Source: Camelus ferus (Eukaryota). From it: a stretch of 64,000 bases of DNA. The stretch lies in the NCBI RefSeq assembly GCF_009834535.1, contig NC_045697.1, positions 44,394,001-44,458,000 on the forward strand. Direction: 5' to 3'. The notes beneath the pieces are model-generated. The model was not told where the DNA came from, searched no databases, and saw only the letters and a list, made by a program, of their open reading frames with translations. Both the position numbers and the translations under genes were made by a program. The stretch's first letter is position 1. Each line of letters begins with the position of its first letter. Below are positions 14,052-26,448 of this stretch, one piece after another.

Positions 14052-14429
14052 GATACATCAAACGAAGCATTGGTAGGTTAACAAAACCAGAAACCGGTAC
14101 TTTGATCTTCTGGTTTCCATGATAACTCAAAGGTGGATAAGGAAGTGAAGGAGATAAGGGAGCATTCCCCATCTACACACATACACCTCACTGTTCTGTT
14201 CTTAAGTCCATACTTGTCAGTTGCCAGAAGAACCTGGCATGGGAGGATATATTATGACTGAAATATATGTTCTTCATTATAAGAATCTTCTTTACTACTT
14301 ATTACTAAGTCAGAAGACAGACAGCTCATCACATATTTCGTGATCCTTGTCAAAGTGATTTATAAACAGTCTAGGGTCTAACCCAAGTGAATAAGACAAT
14401 AAAGATCTATAGTTTTAAAAGACATAACC

Positions 14430-17075
14430 AGATCACAGATTTAAATGTAATATGCAAAACTGTGCATCTTTTAGAAAAAAATACAGGAGAAAATCTTTGC
14501 TATTAAGGGCTAGGCAAAGAGTTCTTGGGCTTGACATCAAAATCACGATCCACAAAAGGAAAACTTGGTAAGTTAGAACTTATCAAAATTAAAACCTCTA
14601 CCAAAACCATTTGGTAGAGGAAAAGACAGTCTTTTAAACAAATGGTTCTGGATATTTACATGCAAACAAATGAAGTTATCTTGCACCATATATAAATTCA
14701 AAATGGATCAAAGATCTAAACAAGAAGAGCTAAAACTATAAAACACTTAGAATAAAACATATGGGGAAAGCCTCATGACATTGGGATTGACAGTGATTTC
14801 TTGGATGGAGCACAAAAACCACAGGCAACAACAATAAAAAATAACTAAATTGGACTTCATCAAAATTAAAAACTTTGTGCATCAAAGGACATGAGTGAAA
14901 AGGCAGTTCACATAATGGAAGAAAATTTTGTAAATCATATATCTGATAAGGGATAATATTTAGAATATATACAAAACTTCTACAAGTCAACAATAAAAAA
15001 ACAAACAACCCAATTTTAAAATGTGCAAAAGAATATACATTTCTCCAAAGAAGATATACAATTGGTCAATAAGCAGAAGAGAATGTACTCAACATCACTA
15101 ATCATTAGGGAAATGCAGATCAAACCCATAATGAGATACCAGTTCACACGAATCAGGACAGCTACTATCAAAAAAACAGAAAATAACACATATTGGTGAG
15201 TATGTGGAGGAATTGGAAAACTTGTGTATTGCTGGTGAGGATGTAAAATGGTGCAGCCATCATGGGGGTTCCTCAAAAAATTAAACAGAATTACCATGTG
15301 ACCACCAAGTACCAGCAATTTCACTCCTTGGTGCATACCCAAAAGAATTGAAAGCAGGAATATGAATAGATATTTGTTTACATGTAATATACATGTTTAT
15401 AGCAGCATTATTCATAATAGCCAAAAGGTGGAAACAATCCAAGTGTTCATTGACAGATGAATAGATAAACAAAATATGGTATATACATACAACGATATAT
15501 CATTCAGCCTTAAAAAGAAATGAATTTCTGATACATGCCACATCACAGATGAATCTTGGGGACGTTATGCTGAATAAAATAAGCTAGAGGTACCTAGAGT
15601 AGTCAAATTCATAGAGATATAAAGTAGAATGCTGATTACCAGGAGCTGGGGTTGGGAGAATAGAGAGTTATTGTTTAATGGATTTAGAGTTTCAGTTTGG
15701 GATGATGGAAAAGTTCTGGAGATGAATAGTGGTGATGGTTGCACAACAATATGAAGGTACTTAATACCACTGAATTGTACACTTATAAAATGGTAAGAAA
15801 AAAACTGTTAAAAATTGTTATGTTTATTTTATCACATATATACAAAAATAAATTAAAATAATTCTTTAAAGACCCTATTTTAGAAGATAGGGAAGCTACA
15901 GACTTGAAGAAAAAAAATTTAAACCACATATCTAGACTAGTATCTAGAATATATGAAGAATTCTCAAACCATAAAAAAAAGAAAAAGAAATCTCAGTTGA
16001 AAATGGGTAAAAGATAAGTATAGACATTTCACTGAAGAGGGCATACAGATGGCAAATAAGTGCATAGGAAGATGTTCAGATCACTGGCCATCAGGAAAAT
16101 GCAAATTAAAACCACAATGAGATATCACTATATGACTATCAGAATGGCTAATGAAAAATAGTGACAGTGCCAATTATCACCAATTAATACCACTTATTTA
16201 ATGATAATACAAACAGTGATATCAATGATAGTGATAATGATGTGAAGAAACTAGATCAACCCTACATTACTGGTAGGAATATAAAGTGGTACAGCTGCTC
16301 TACAAACAGTTTGACCAATTCTTTTAAAGCTAAACGTGCAATTATCGTGTGACCCAGCAATTGCAATCTTGGGCATTTATTCCAGAAAAATAAAAGCCTA
16401 TATTCCGACAAACACCTTACACTAGTGTTCATAGCTTCTTTATCTGCAGTGGCCAAAAACTTGAAACAAACCAGATATCTTGTAACGGGTAAATTAACAC
16501 ACTTGGTACATCCATACTGTGGAATGCTACCCAACAATAAAAGGTTATAAATGATTGATCAACACAAACCTTAGACGATCTCCAGGGAATTATGCTGAGT
16601 GAAAAAAAGTCAGTCCTAAAGGTTACAAACTACATGATTCCATTTGTATAACATTCTTGAAATGATAAAATTATAGAAATGGAGAACAGATTAGTGGGAG
16701 CCAGAAAGCCGAAAGGAAGGAAGTGGGTGAGGTTATAAAAAGGGTGACACTAAGAATCTTTGAGGTGATGGAAATGTTCTGTACCTTGACTGTGGTTGTA
16801 GCCACACAAATCTATACATGTAGTAAAACTGCATAAACTAAATATGCACACGCGCACACGCGCACACACACACACACAGACACAGAAAGAAGAGCACATA
16901 AAACCGGTGAAATCCGAAGAAAGTGAAGGATTGTATCAATGTCAGTATCTTAGTGTTGATGTTGTACTGGGGTTATACAGGATGGGGGACAGAGTGATGG
17001 ATATACAGGATCTCTCTGTATTCTTTCTTAAAACTGCATGTGAATTTGCAATTTTCTCAAAGAAAAAAAAAAAAA
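14430..17075 (+). mobile_element. Composite of old LINE-1 3' regions (L1MB-like ~14600-15860 nested in an L1MD-like copy)
   Basis: Two degraded ORF2 C-terminal regions (tggacttcatcaaaattaaaaact, aaatgcaaattaaaaccacaatgagatatcac), each with a distinct 3' UTR and A-rich end. Confidence 0.85.
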
Positions 17076-18179
17076 GGATAACCAATGTAAATATCCCGAA
17101 GAAGCACCAAAGTAGTTCCACTGAAAGCTAATAATACAGTTATCCATAGCATTATTCATTTCACCTGTCAAGGCATCCCTTTGGGTTAAGAGAGGGAAAT
17201 TTCATCTATCATTAGGCAGGGAAACAGTATCATTTTCCCATAATTTGGATATAAAATTTCCCTGTGAGAATTAAACTAGTAAAAATAAAACAATTTAGGA
17301 GAGTAGCGATTAGCCACCCTAGCTGCTTCCAAAACAAAATCAGAAAAGTAATGCATAATTAAAGATAACAAAGGGTGGAAATTTAGGAATGTGGACCTTG
17401 CATATATGTGTAAGGAAAAGGTATTAATTAATTTTTTGGAGTGTCATCTGAAGAAAGAAACTGTTATTATCAGGAAGGGTGTCTGCATTGTTCCAAGCAG
17501 GAGCCCAGAGAAGAAGATAGTGTTAAGCTGTCCTTGAGCCCTGCCCTGGAGGGCGAGTACCTTGTTCTAACAGGAGTATTGATCTGCTTGGCAGTTATAC
17601 CTGGCAGAGCCGCCACTTACAGACCATGTATCGTGTGTGAGGTACTTTACCTGCATCATCATTAATTCTCAGCACAACCCTACAAAACAGAAGTTATCTC
17701 CATAATTAAACTAAGGCTTAAGAGATGAAATAACTTGCCAGGGATCACACAGCCTGTGAGTGACAGAACTGGGCTTCAGTCCTGTGCCTGGCCGTACTGT
17801 TTCCACTCCGCCATACTGCCTTCCCTTAAAGGAGATTAGCACACACAGCTATTGTCACTTGATGCCATGGTCTTAGAATTATCTTGTTAACTCTCTTTGC
17901 TCTCCTTTCCTGCTTCCAAATTTTGGTTTCCCATATAGACGTTCCTAAAAGGGGAAACAATGTGTGTATTTGTACTTTTGGCAGTTGTGTTTCTCACTGT
18001 AAATTAATAAGTTGACATTGTAATTTACTTGCCACTCTACTGTAAAAATGGTTAATACACATGAGTTCTTCTGCAGCTGATAGTTTTGGGTGCATTGGAG
18101 CATCCAGTTACTGTGAAAATATAAGATACTAAACTTGGGCTAATTTCCAAAGTACCACTGTCCTGTGTGGCCTCAGTCT

Positions 18180-18555
18180 CATTTTTTTAAATTTTACCAT
18201 AATATTTATTTTTTTAACTGAAGTATAGTTGATTACAATGTTGTTAGTTTCTAGTGTACAGCATAGTGATTCAGTCATACAATAGATACATATATATATA
18301 CACATATTCATTTCATTATAGGTTTTTACAAGGTATTGAACATGGTCCCTGTGCCTTGTTGTTTATCTATTTTACATCTATATCTACTAATCCCAAACTC
18401 CTAATGTATCCGTTCCACACAGACAAAATCTATGGGATGCAGCAAAAGCAGTCCTAAGAGGGAAGTTCATAGAGATAACAGGCCTTCCTCAAAAAACAAG
18501 AAAAATCTCAAACAAACAACCTAACCTACCACCTAAAAGAATTAGAAACAGAAGA
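18180..18555 (-). mobile_element. 5'-inverted truncated LINE-1 insertion
   Basis: - strand L1 3' UTR and tail (18180-~18415) joined to a + strand ORF2 fragment (NLWDAAKAVLRGKFIEI / QAFLKKQEKSQTNNLTYHLKELE); TSD CT(G/A)TG(T/A)GGCCTCAGTCT. Confidence 0.85.
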
Positions 18556-20393
18556 CTATGAGGCCTCAGTCTTTAAGGTCCTTCTCCCTCTCTTGGAATT
18601 CAGTCTTCATGCAGCAAGATGGGGCAGCAGTGGTACGGATTTCTGCAGCTGGCCCAGGCTCACGGAGTCAGGCATCGGCAAAGTGAAGGTTGAGCACCAG
18701 ATCGCCTACTTCTTACTCCAGTGGAACCATTCCAGCTGCACTCACGCTGTCAGAGCGCCCTCTTTCAGGGGGAGATCCAGAACAATTGGTTCACATGCTC
18801 AGTTTACATCCCTATTTTCTACACTCCCTCTACTTCTTGGCTACTGATAGAATTATTTTTGGTAGCATAATTGATAGCCTTATTATGAGCCCACAATTTT
18901 CTGGACATAAATGAATAGACACTGAAAAGCTATCTTGTGTATACTTAAAATGTTCATCATTTCCCACATTATGTAAACTGGGTAGCCATGCACCACTGGC
19001 TCACATAATAGCTTTTATGTATTGCATAGACTGTCACCTATAAATAGTTGTATTCATTAGATCTCAGTATTTTCACCACCCAGTATAGTACCTGGTACAA
19101 GTAGGTTGTCCATACTTGTGAATTGGATTGGATTGGATTAAGTTGATTAAAATTGGTTCCAATGTCTTTCAACTCATAGATTCTATAATTTATTTAACAC
19201 TCCTACCCAGATAGGAGTGTTAGTCTACAGCATTAGTGTTCAGAGACATGCTATTAGGTCCAGTTGTCTGTCCCCTGGTCCGAAAGATCTACCTATTCAG
19301 GTAGGTCAGTTCTGGGAACTACAACCTTCCTGAGCCCTCCCAGATTACCTGCCTAGAAGGAAAGGCTGTGTTCTCTCTCTGTTCTCAACACTCCGAAGGG
19401 TCAGGGAGTCTCAGCACACGGAAGCTGATATCGTGGAGGTGCTCAGAAATGTGGGAGCGCAGGTTCCAACCCAGTAAGCGACTTTTCATAGTTGTAGAAC
19501 CCAAAATAATGAGCAGTGATATTTCCTTAGAGGTGCCATTTAATCACATTATCCTTCTGTTTATCAAGTCACCTGTGGAGGTCACTAGGGTACTTTATTT
19601 TCTTGGAACAGGCTTTTTTTGCCCTAAGGATTGCTGGCATCCACCATCACAAATAGATTTTGTCTGGTGGCTTTAAAGCAATAATTAGTTACTTCTTTCT
19701 GTTCTGTACCAAGGATTTTTCACAGACAGTTCTGAAGCTTCTGGTTTTCACTTCATTTTTGTGGACAATTTTTAATTCACATATTTTTACTTTAAAATAG
19801 AATGTCCAAGATGCCTGACATCCGTATTCTTTTCCATTGTGTTGGTTGGCAAGGATTTAAAGTTGTACAACATACGTTGTTTCCAGAGCGTGTCTTCTCA
19901 GATAGCTGCTCAGTAACATGTCATGAGAAGAGTTCAGATTTGCAAAGCATTTGTCATTTCTTCCTGTGCTGATGATTTGTTTAGTAACCATTTATTTCTC
20001 ACACTCTTATCTCCCACACTGTAGACACGTGTACACACGTCAGACCCATAGAGCCGGAAATCTGTAAATGTTAATGAAGCACTAAAAGCAGGTTGGACTG
20101 TGCCTTTGGTACCTAGCTTTTCTCCTGGACGTCCAAACCCAAACTCTTTTATCTTTTCTTAAATATAGTGACGATTGTTTAAGGATACACATCTTTAGGA
20201 GAAATTTTCTGTCAGCTCTCAACTAAGACTCTGGAATATTTAAACTAATGCTACAAAACAGTCTTCCGTGTTACTTGCTGAAGGGATTGCCCGCCTGTAG
20301 GTGGCAGTAATGGTAGTGATTTGAATCATGGTTTCATAAAATACACCTTTTTTTTTTTTTTTTTGGTCAAAGTAAACTTCCTTTCCATCTTGA

Positions 20394-20534
<141 letters not shown>

Positions 20535-20599
20535 TGAGTATTCTCTTATTTAATTATTTGAGGACCCAGATGCAGTGTGGATGAGATTATAAAGTTTTG

Positions 20600-21047
20600 A
20601 TAGTACCATTGGCCCTTTTGAAGATTCCACAGTCTCAGAGTCAACCAACTGCAGATCAAAAATATTTGGGGAAAAAAATTCCAGAAAGTTCCAAAAAGCA
20701 AAACTTGAATTTGCTGGGCACCGGCAACTATTTACGTAGTATTTATGTTGTATTTACAACTATTTACATTGTATTAGATATTACAAGTAGAGATGAAAGT
20801 ATACAGGAGAATGTGCATAGGTTACAGTTGACCCCTGAACAACATGGGTTTGTACTGTGAGGGTCCACTTTACGTGGATTTTTGTTTCAATAAATACCAC
20901 AGTACTACATGGTCCACAGTTGGCTGAATTGGAGGATGCGTAAAACTTAGATGATGAGGGTTGACGTGGGACTTGAGTATCCACGGAATCTGGTAACCAC
21001 AACTGATCTTGGAACCAACCCCCTGCAGACACAGAGGGACGACTGTG
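20600..21047. mobile_element. MER2-like TcMar-Tigger element with a nested Tigger2-like element from ~20826
   Basis: ccagaaagttccaaaaagcaaaacttgaatttgc and the end gagggacgactg are MER2-like; ta|cagttgacccctgaacaac is a Tigger2-type terminus. Confidence 0.7.
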
Positions 21048-21763
21048 TATGTCATATTCATAAGAATGTATTTGTAAATACTTTAAAATAATGTTTACTA
21101 ATTCAATCTTGCTGAAGTTCCCGTTTCTCTTCCCTTTTCTATTACCCAAAGTAAATAGCAAGAGTGAGAATAAATTATGCAAAGCAGATAGTGAAGAATA
21201 CTGGTGATATGGACTCATTACTTGCAAGAATTGCTGATTTGACACCAACATGCTAAAGATTCCATTCACAGTCCAGTTCATAGTTGAGTTTTTTTGATGT
21301 GTGTGACTGGGTCTGGTACATTTATAAAATGGGTATTATTACATTAGAAGTCCCACAATTGCTTATTTCAAGTCCTATTTAGTTCTAGAAAATTATTTTA
21401 GTTCCTTGCAGTTTATTAAGAAATATGGACTCATATTCCTGAGAAATTAGAAACTTTGAATCTTAATTTTAGTTTGCCCAAAGCTGTACAATCTTATTTC
21501 TTTGTTTTCCAGTTGCCAGATTATAGTGGTTGCCATTAATTTGGGGAGTGTTTTGAAAATTAAAGAAACACTATTAATAATGGCATTTGAGCTTCAGAGA
21601 ACTAGGTGATCTATAGGTAAAGCATTGTAGTAAAACAACGTTTTCCCAATTAGAAAAAAATGAATATTATTTAATGTGGTTAGTCCAATAAAACTGGGAA
21701 ACAAATGATTTTTGGTTTTTAAAAAATTTTTTGTTTTATAAATTTTTATTTTTTTCTTCATAG

Positions 21764-21817
21764 ATACTTTATAGCTGTGGAAGATGACAAAATTTTCCCA
21801 TTAAATTCAGCTGAAAG
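21764..21817 (+). CDS. TMEM150C: TMEM150C coding exon 2 (54 nt)
   Basis: Acceptor tttcttcatag|; (V)YFIAVEDDKIFPLNSAER; donor ag|gtaaag; phase continues from the previous exon. Confidence 0.97.
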
Positions 21818-21945
21818 GTAAAGTTTATCTCTGGGTAATTCTTTGATCATCAGTAGATTTAACAAAAACTTTGCCACTGGTGAAGTTAAACTATGCACAA
21901 GTGACCATACTTTAACCTGAGCTTCTGGGTTTTTTTATTATCCAG

Positions 21946-21978
21946 GAAACCTGGTGTGAAGCATGCGCCATATATAAG
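21946..21978 (+). CDS. TMEM150C: TMEM150C coding exon 3 (33 nt)
   Basis: Acceptor ttattatccag|; (R)KPGVKHAPYIS; donor ag|gtaact. Confidence 0.96.
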
Positions 21979-22031
21979 GTAACTTGATAATTGTCTTCCG
22001 ATCTGTTGGCTCACAGGAAAAGTTAGGAGGG

Positions 22032-22380
22032 TGTCTTAGTTCTGGCTACTGTGACAAAGTAGCATAGACGGGGTGGCTTATAAACATCAGAAGTTTATTT
22101 CTCACATCTGGAGGCTGGAAGTCCAAGATTGGGGTACCAGGATGGTCTGTTCTCTCTTCTGGGTTCTAGACTGCCATCTTCTCATTGTGTCCTCACATAG
22201 TAGAAAGAGGACAAGAGAGGCCTCTGGGGTCCCTTTTATAAGGGCAGTAACTCCATTCATGGGGCTCCACCCTCATGACCCCATCACCTCTTAAAGACCC
22301 CACCTCCCAATGCCATCACATTGGGGGTTGGGATTTCAACATATGAATTTTAAGGGGACACCAACATTCAGTCCATTGCA
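22032..22380. mobile_element. MLT1A-like MaLR solo LTR in a TMEM150C intron
   Basis: TG...CA termini; perfect 5-bp TSD GAGGG (22027-22031, 22381-22385); tttatttctcaca..ctggaggctggaagtccaagat motif. Confidence 0.88.
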
Positions 22381-22412
22381 GAGGGTTATCGATTTTACTA
22401 TCATAATAGTAA

Positions 22413-22538
<126 letters not shown>

Positions 22539-25500
22539 TAGTTCTTTTTGTTTTAAATTCTCCTAAACCCATATCAAAAGTGTGGTGGGCTTACTTGATA
22601 ATTTCGTATCACATCATGTCAGTATGCTGAAGTGGGTTTTTTGTTTCGAGAGTCTTTTTTCTCATACATCCTTTTACATTCACCTGCTTACCTTACATTT
22701 TCTTTTCTCTTTACCATCTTTAATCATTTCAGCGTATTCTTGACTTTATTTCATTTGCTGCATGAAATAATATATTTTATGTCCCATAAAATCCTGCATG
22801 AGAATGTAACATTGTGCAATATGTTTGCCTTAAAAAGAATGCCTTATTTATTCCTTCGCTGGCAAGGATGAAAAAATGCACAGGCTCTGTTAAATATCGA
22901 TCTGTGTAGATTTTGTGTTTAGATCTTAAGGTCAGAATTCACTTTTGGATGATGCTCTCCTCTGTGCCTATACACATATCAAGCTGGCAAATGGAAACGT
23001 AGGTTAAAAAAAAAGAGAAGGAAACCTTTGGACTCATGTCCAGCCCTACTTCCCCACTTTCCCTTTAGGGACCAAGGGAAATCTCACTTAATATCCTGTC
23101 CCCTTTGCTCTGTGAGTGCTTCCCTCCAGGCATGGGGGAACCAGCCATGCTCTCTGTCCTTCTCCAAATTGGCCTTATAGCCCATTTCCTCCAGGCCAGG
23201 ACTCCTTGATGTCTTTCAAAGGGTCAACCAGCTACTATCATCACTGGCATGTGTGGAGTTGGGTCAGCGACAACTGAATTTTTCGACAGTAGTTTTCCGG
23301 AAAATTTCTTTTGGATAGTGAGACTTTCACTCCAAGTAAGAGATAATGATTTTAAAAATAAATAAATAAAAATAAAAATAAAAAAAATTAAAAAAATTTT
23401 TTAAAAAGTAAACTGACTATACTTCAATAAAAAAAATTTTTTTAAGATAATGATGATGTTATTTCCAAGGGAGTATTTGGCTTTGGTGGCACCTGTCCCC
23501 CAAAGAGGTGGCCTGTTATTTTATCTATTTATAACTACCCCGTCCAAATTTCTACTCACTCTTATATGTTCCTTCTTAATGTTTGCTATAGGAAAAGGGA
23601 AGACCTATAGAATTCCTTGGAAAATCAAGGGAGATGATTGGTCCAACTTGCTACACAGGCAGAATCTGACTTGGTTCAGAAAGCTCAGCATGCGAGAAAC
23701 ACGTTCCCTGGGAGGCACCAGGGGAAGTGCTGGTCAGTTGGGTTTGCCCTCACTGCCTTCAGCCTTGGGGCTGCCGGGAGCTCTGTACTCACTTTTTTCC
23801 TACTCTTGACACCACTCTTCTGAAAAGATCTAATAAACTTATTCATACTAAGGCATAAGTGGCATCCAAGGAGCTATTTGCATTTGATAGAACACAAAGC
23901 CCCAAGAGTGAATCTGGACTTGCAGGGTCAGGGACCCTTCCCAGCCCCTCTGCAGTCACACCACGTATGCCTGCAGGTTGGTACCTACTCATAGGGTCAT
24001 CCTCGCAGCACAATAATAACAATAATTAATGACAGTCACTTAATATTCCAGGCACAATGCTAAGTGCTTTGCAAAAGCTACATCTTTAATCATGATACAC
24101 AGGAGACTGCCCTTATGAAAAAGCTGTTCACAGGCTGTCTGTCCTCCACTGGGTTGTAAAGAAGCCAATGAACATATTGGAAGCCGCATTTGTTTCCTTT
24201 ATATTCTTAAGATAAACTGATACGTTCCAGTAGTCCTTAGTGTAAAACCTAAAAAATGCCAGTTTACCCAGCTCACAAATTTATCCATAAATCATAAGCT
24301 TATGATTAACTAATTATAAAAGCATTTCCAAAAACACAGTAATGAGAACAAGTTCCCCTCTTCCAGATGACATTCGTCATCATCTTATTCTCCAGTCCTC
24401 CCCTGCTCCACCAAGAAGCAATTAAATTTTTACTAGCTTTTGCTCTAAGGTATTGCAGTATGCAGTGTTTATCATTTATTATCAGTCATCATTTTTAGTG
24501 CCATCTGGTAGACACAAAACTGATTAACATTAGTGTTCAGTGGAAGTAAACCAACAGTTATTTATTTATCGACTCTGGGAGTGAAAAAGAATCAGTTTAC
24601 TAATGATTCGTGCTCTAAACTGTGGATGCTTTTGTCTCCCCCGGTTTGTCCCTCTCAGACCTCAGGCTGTTACTTTAGATGACATGACCGACTATAGGAC
24701 ACAGCCTGGACTGCCTATAAGTCACGGCTTGTTGGCAGGCGTATAGATTATAATTTGCACTCTACAGAGGAGTAGGTGTAGCATTTATTAAGATGAGTTA
24801 GCAAAGATCTTTTATCTTTTTGATGGACTAATCAAAGATCACATACTCCGTTATTTCCTTTACAGAATTAGTTATGCTGTTTGTCCTGAATCCACACTTT
24901 TATTTCTCCTGGGGAGGTGGGGATGGGGTTAGGGGAAGACCTAAGACAAATTTCCTAAAAGGAATATTATTTGCTGCCCTGGAGAAGTTGTGAGGATGAA
25001 GCTAATAGCTGAATGACTCTGGTCACCTAGTACCAGCCACTCTCCCGCCTTCAGTCAAAACACATTGATTGCCATGTTCTACTGCAGTCATAAATAGGAA
25101 ATATTGATGCATAAACAGTAGAACTAAACAAAATGAAAAAGAATTTGGTCAGGCGCCAGTCTAGGACTGCAATGAAGAGCTGCTGTTTTGAGTTTGAACT
25201 TTAAAATCCCAATCAGCCTCAAAATAAAAAATTTAACAAAGAAAATAAGCAATTACTCTTAATATTTGTATTTTTTAACAGACAAATAAATTAAATATGG
25301 GACACTAGTACAGCAAAGGACTGTTCTAAATGCCAAAGACAATAGAGGGGTAGGCTCTAATTTTTTTTCTTCTACTGTAAGTAAAATCAAAAATCTTAAT
25401 GAAACAAAAATTTATATATCTATTGCACAAAATGTTAATGTGATAAAAATTGGTTCCCATATACTAAGATGGCTTTGAAATTGCTCTACAGCTCAGAAGA

Positions 25501-25811
25501 CTTTTTCAAGAAGGTATAATTAAGTCACTACTTGGTTGAAAATATCCTTCATAACAGTCTGAATCTGCCTCCATTTAAACCTGTTAATAAAACTATTAAT
25601 GGACCAAAACCTTAATTATTTCCACAACACTAAAATTTCACCTAGAATCTATTTAAAAAGGAAAGTAGACCTAGTCTGAGCTGATTAATAATGGAGTTAA
25701 TAGGTTAAAAGGGCAAAGTGTGGTGTTTGTAATGCAGTTCTGGAAGTTAGGCCTGTTGGGTTAATTCTTGTCTTCAAGATTACTGTTTCTCTCTTAATTT
25801 CATCATCTGTT

Positions 25812-26448
25812 TTTTTTTTTGATCGAAGTATATTCAGTTTACAACTCTGTGCCAATTTCTGGTGTACACCATGATGTTTCAGATATATATGTACATACAC
25901 ATATTCCTTTTCTTATTCTTTTTCATTATAGGTAACTACAAGATATTGAATAAAGTTCCCTGTGCTATACAGTATAAACTTGTTGTTTATCTGTTTTATA
26001 TGTCGTTGTTAATATCTACAAATCTCAAATTCCCAATTTATCCCTTCCCATCTCCTTTCTCTCATGGTAACCATAAGTTTCTTTTCTTTGTTTATGAGTC
26101 TGTTTCTGTTTTGTAAGTAAGGTCATTTGGGTCTTTTTTTAGGTTCCACAGTAAGTGATATCATATGGTATTTTTTTCTTTCTGGCTTACTTCACTTAGA
26201 ATGACGATCTTCAGGCCCATCCATGTTGCTGCAAATGGCATTAGTTTATTCTTCTTTATGGCTGAATAGTATTCCATTGTATAAATATACCACATCTTCT
26301 TTATCCAGTCATCTGTCGATGGACATTTAGGTTGCTTCCGTATCTTGGCTATTGTACATAGTGCTGCTGTGAACACTGGGGTGCATGTATCTTTTTGAAT
26401 TAGAGCTTCCTCTGGATATATGCCCAGGGGTGGGATTGCTGGATCATA
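25812..26448 (-). mobile_element. Relatively young 5'-truncated LINE-1 (ORF2 C-terminus plus 3' UTR)
   Basis: ORF 26161..26376 (MFTAALCTIAKIRKQPKCPSTDDWIKKMWYIYTMEYYSAIKKN) is the L1 ORF2p C-terminus; poly(T); TSD TCATCATCTGTT at 25800-25811 and 26449-26460. Confidence 0.93.

Noticed and set aside
16845..16880. Alternating (CA/CG)n tract with Z-DNA potential
   Set aside because: An ordinary microsatellite inside an old L1 3' UTR with no sign of function.
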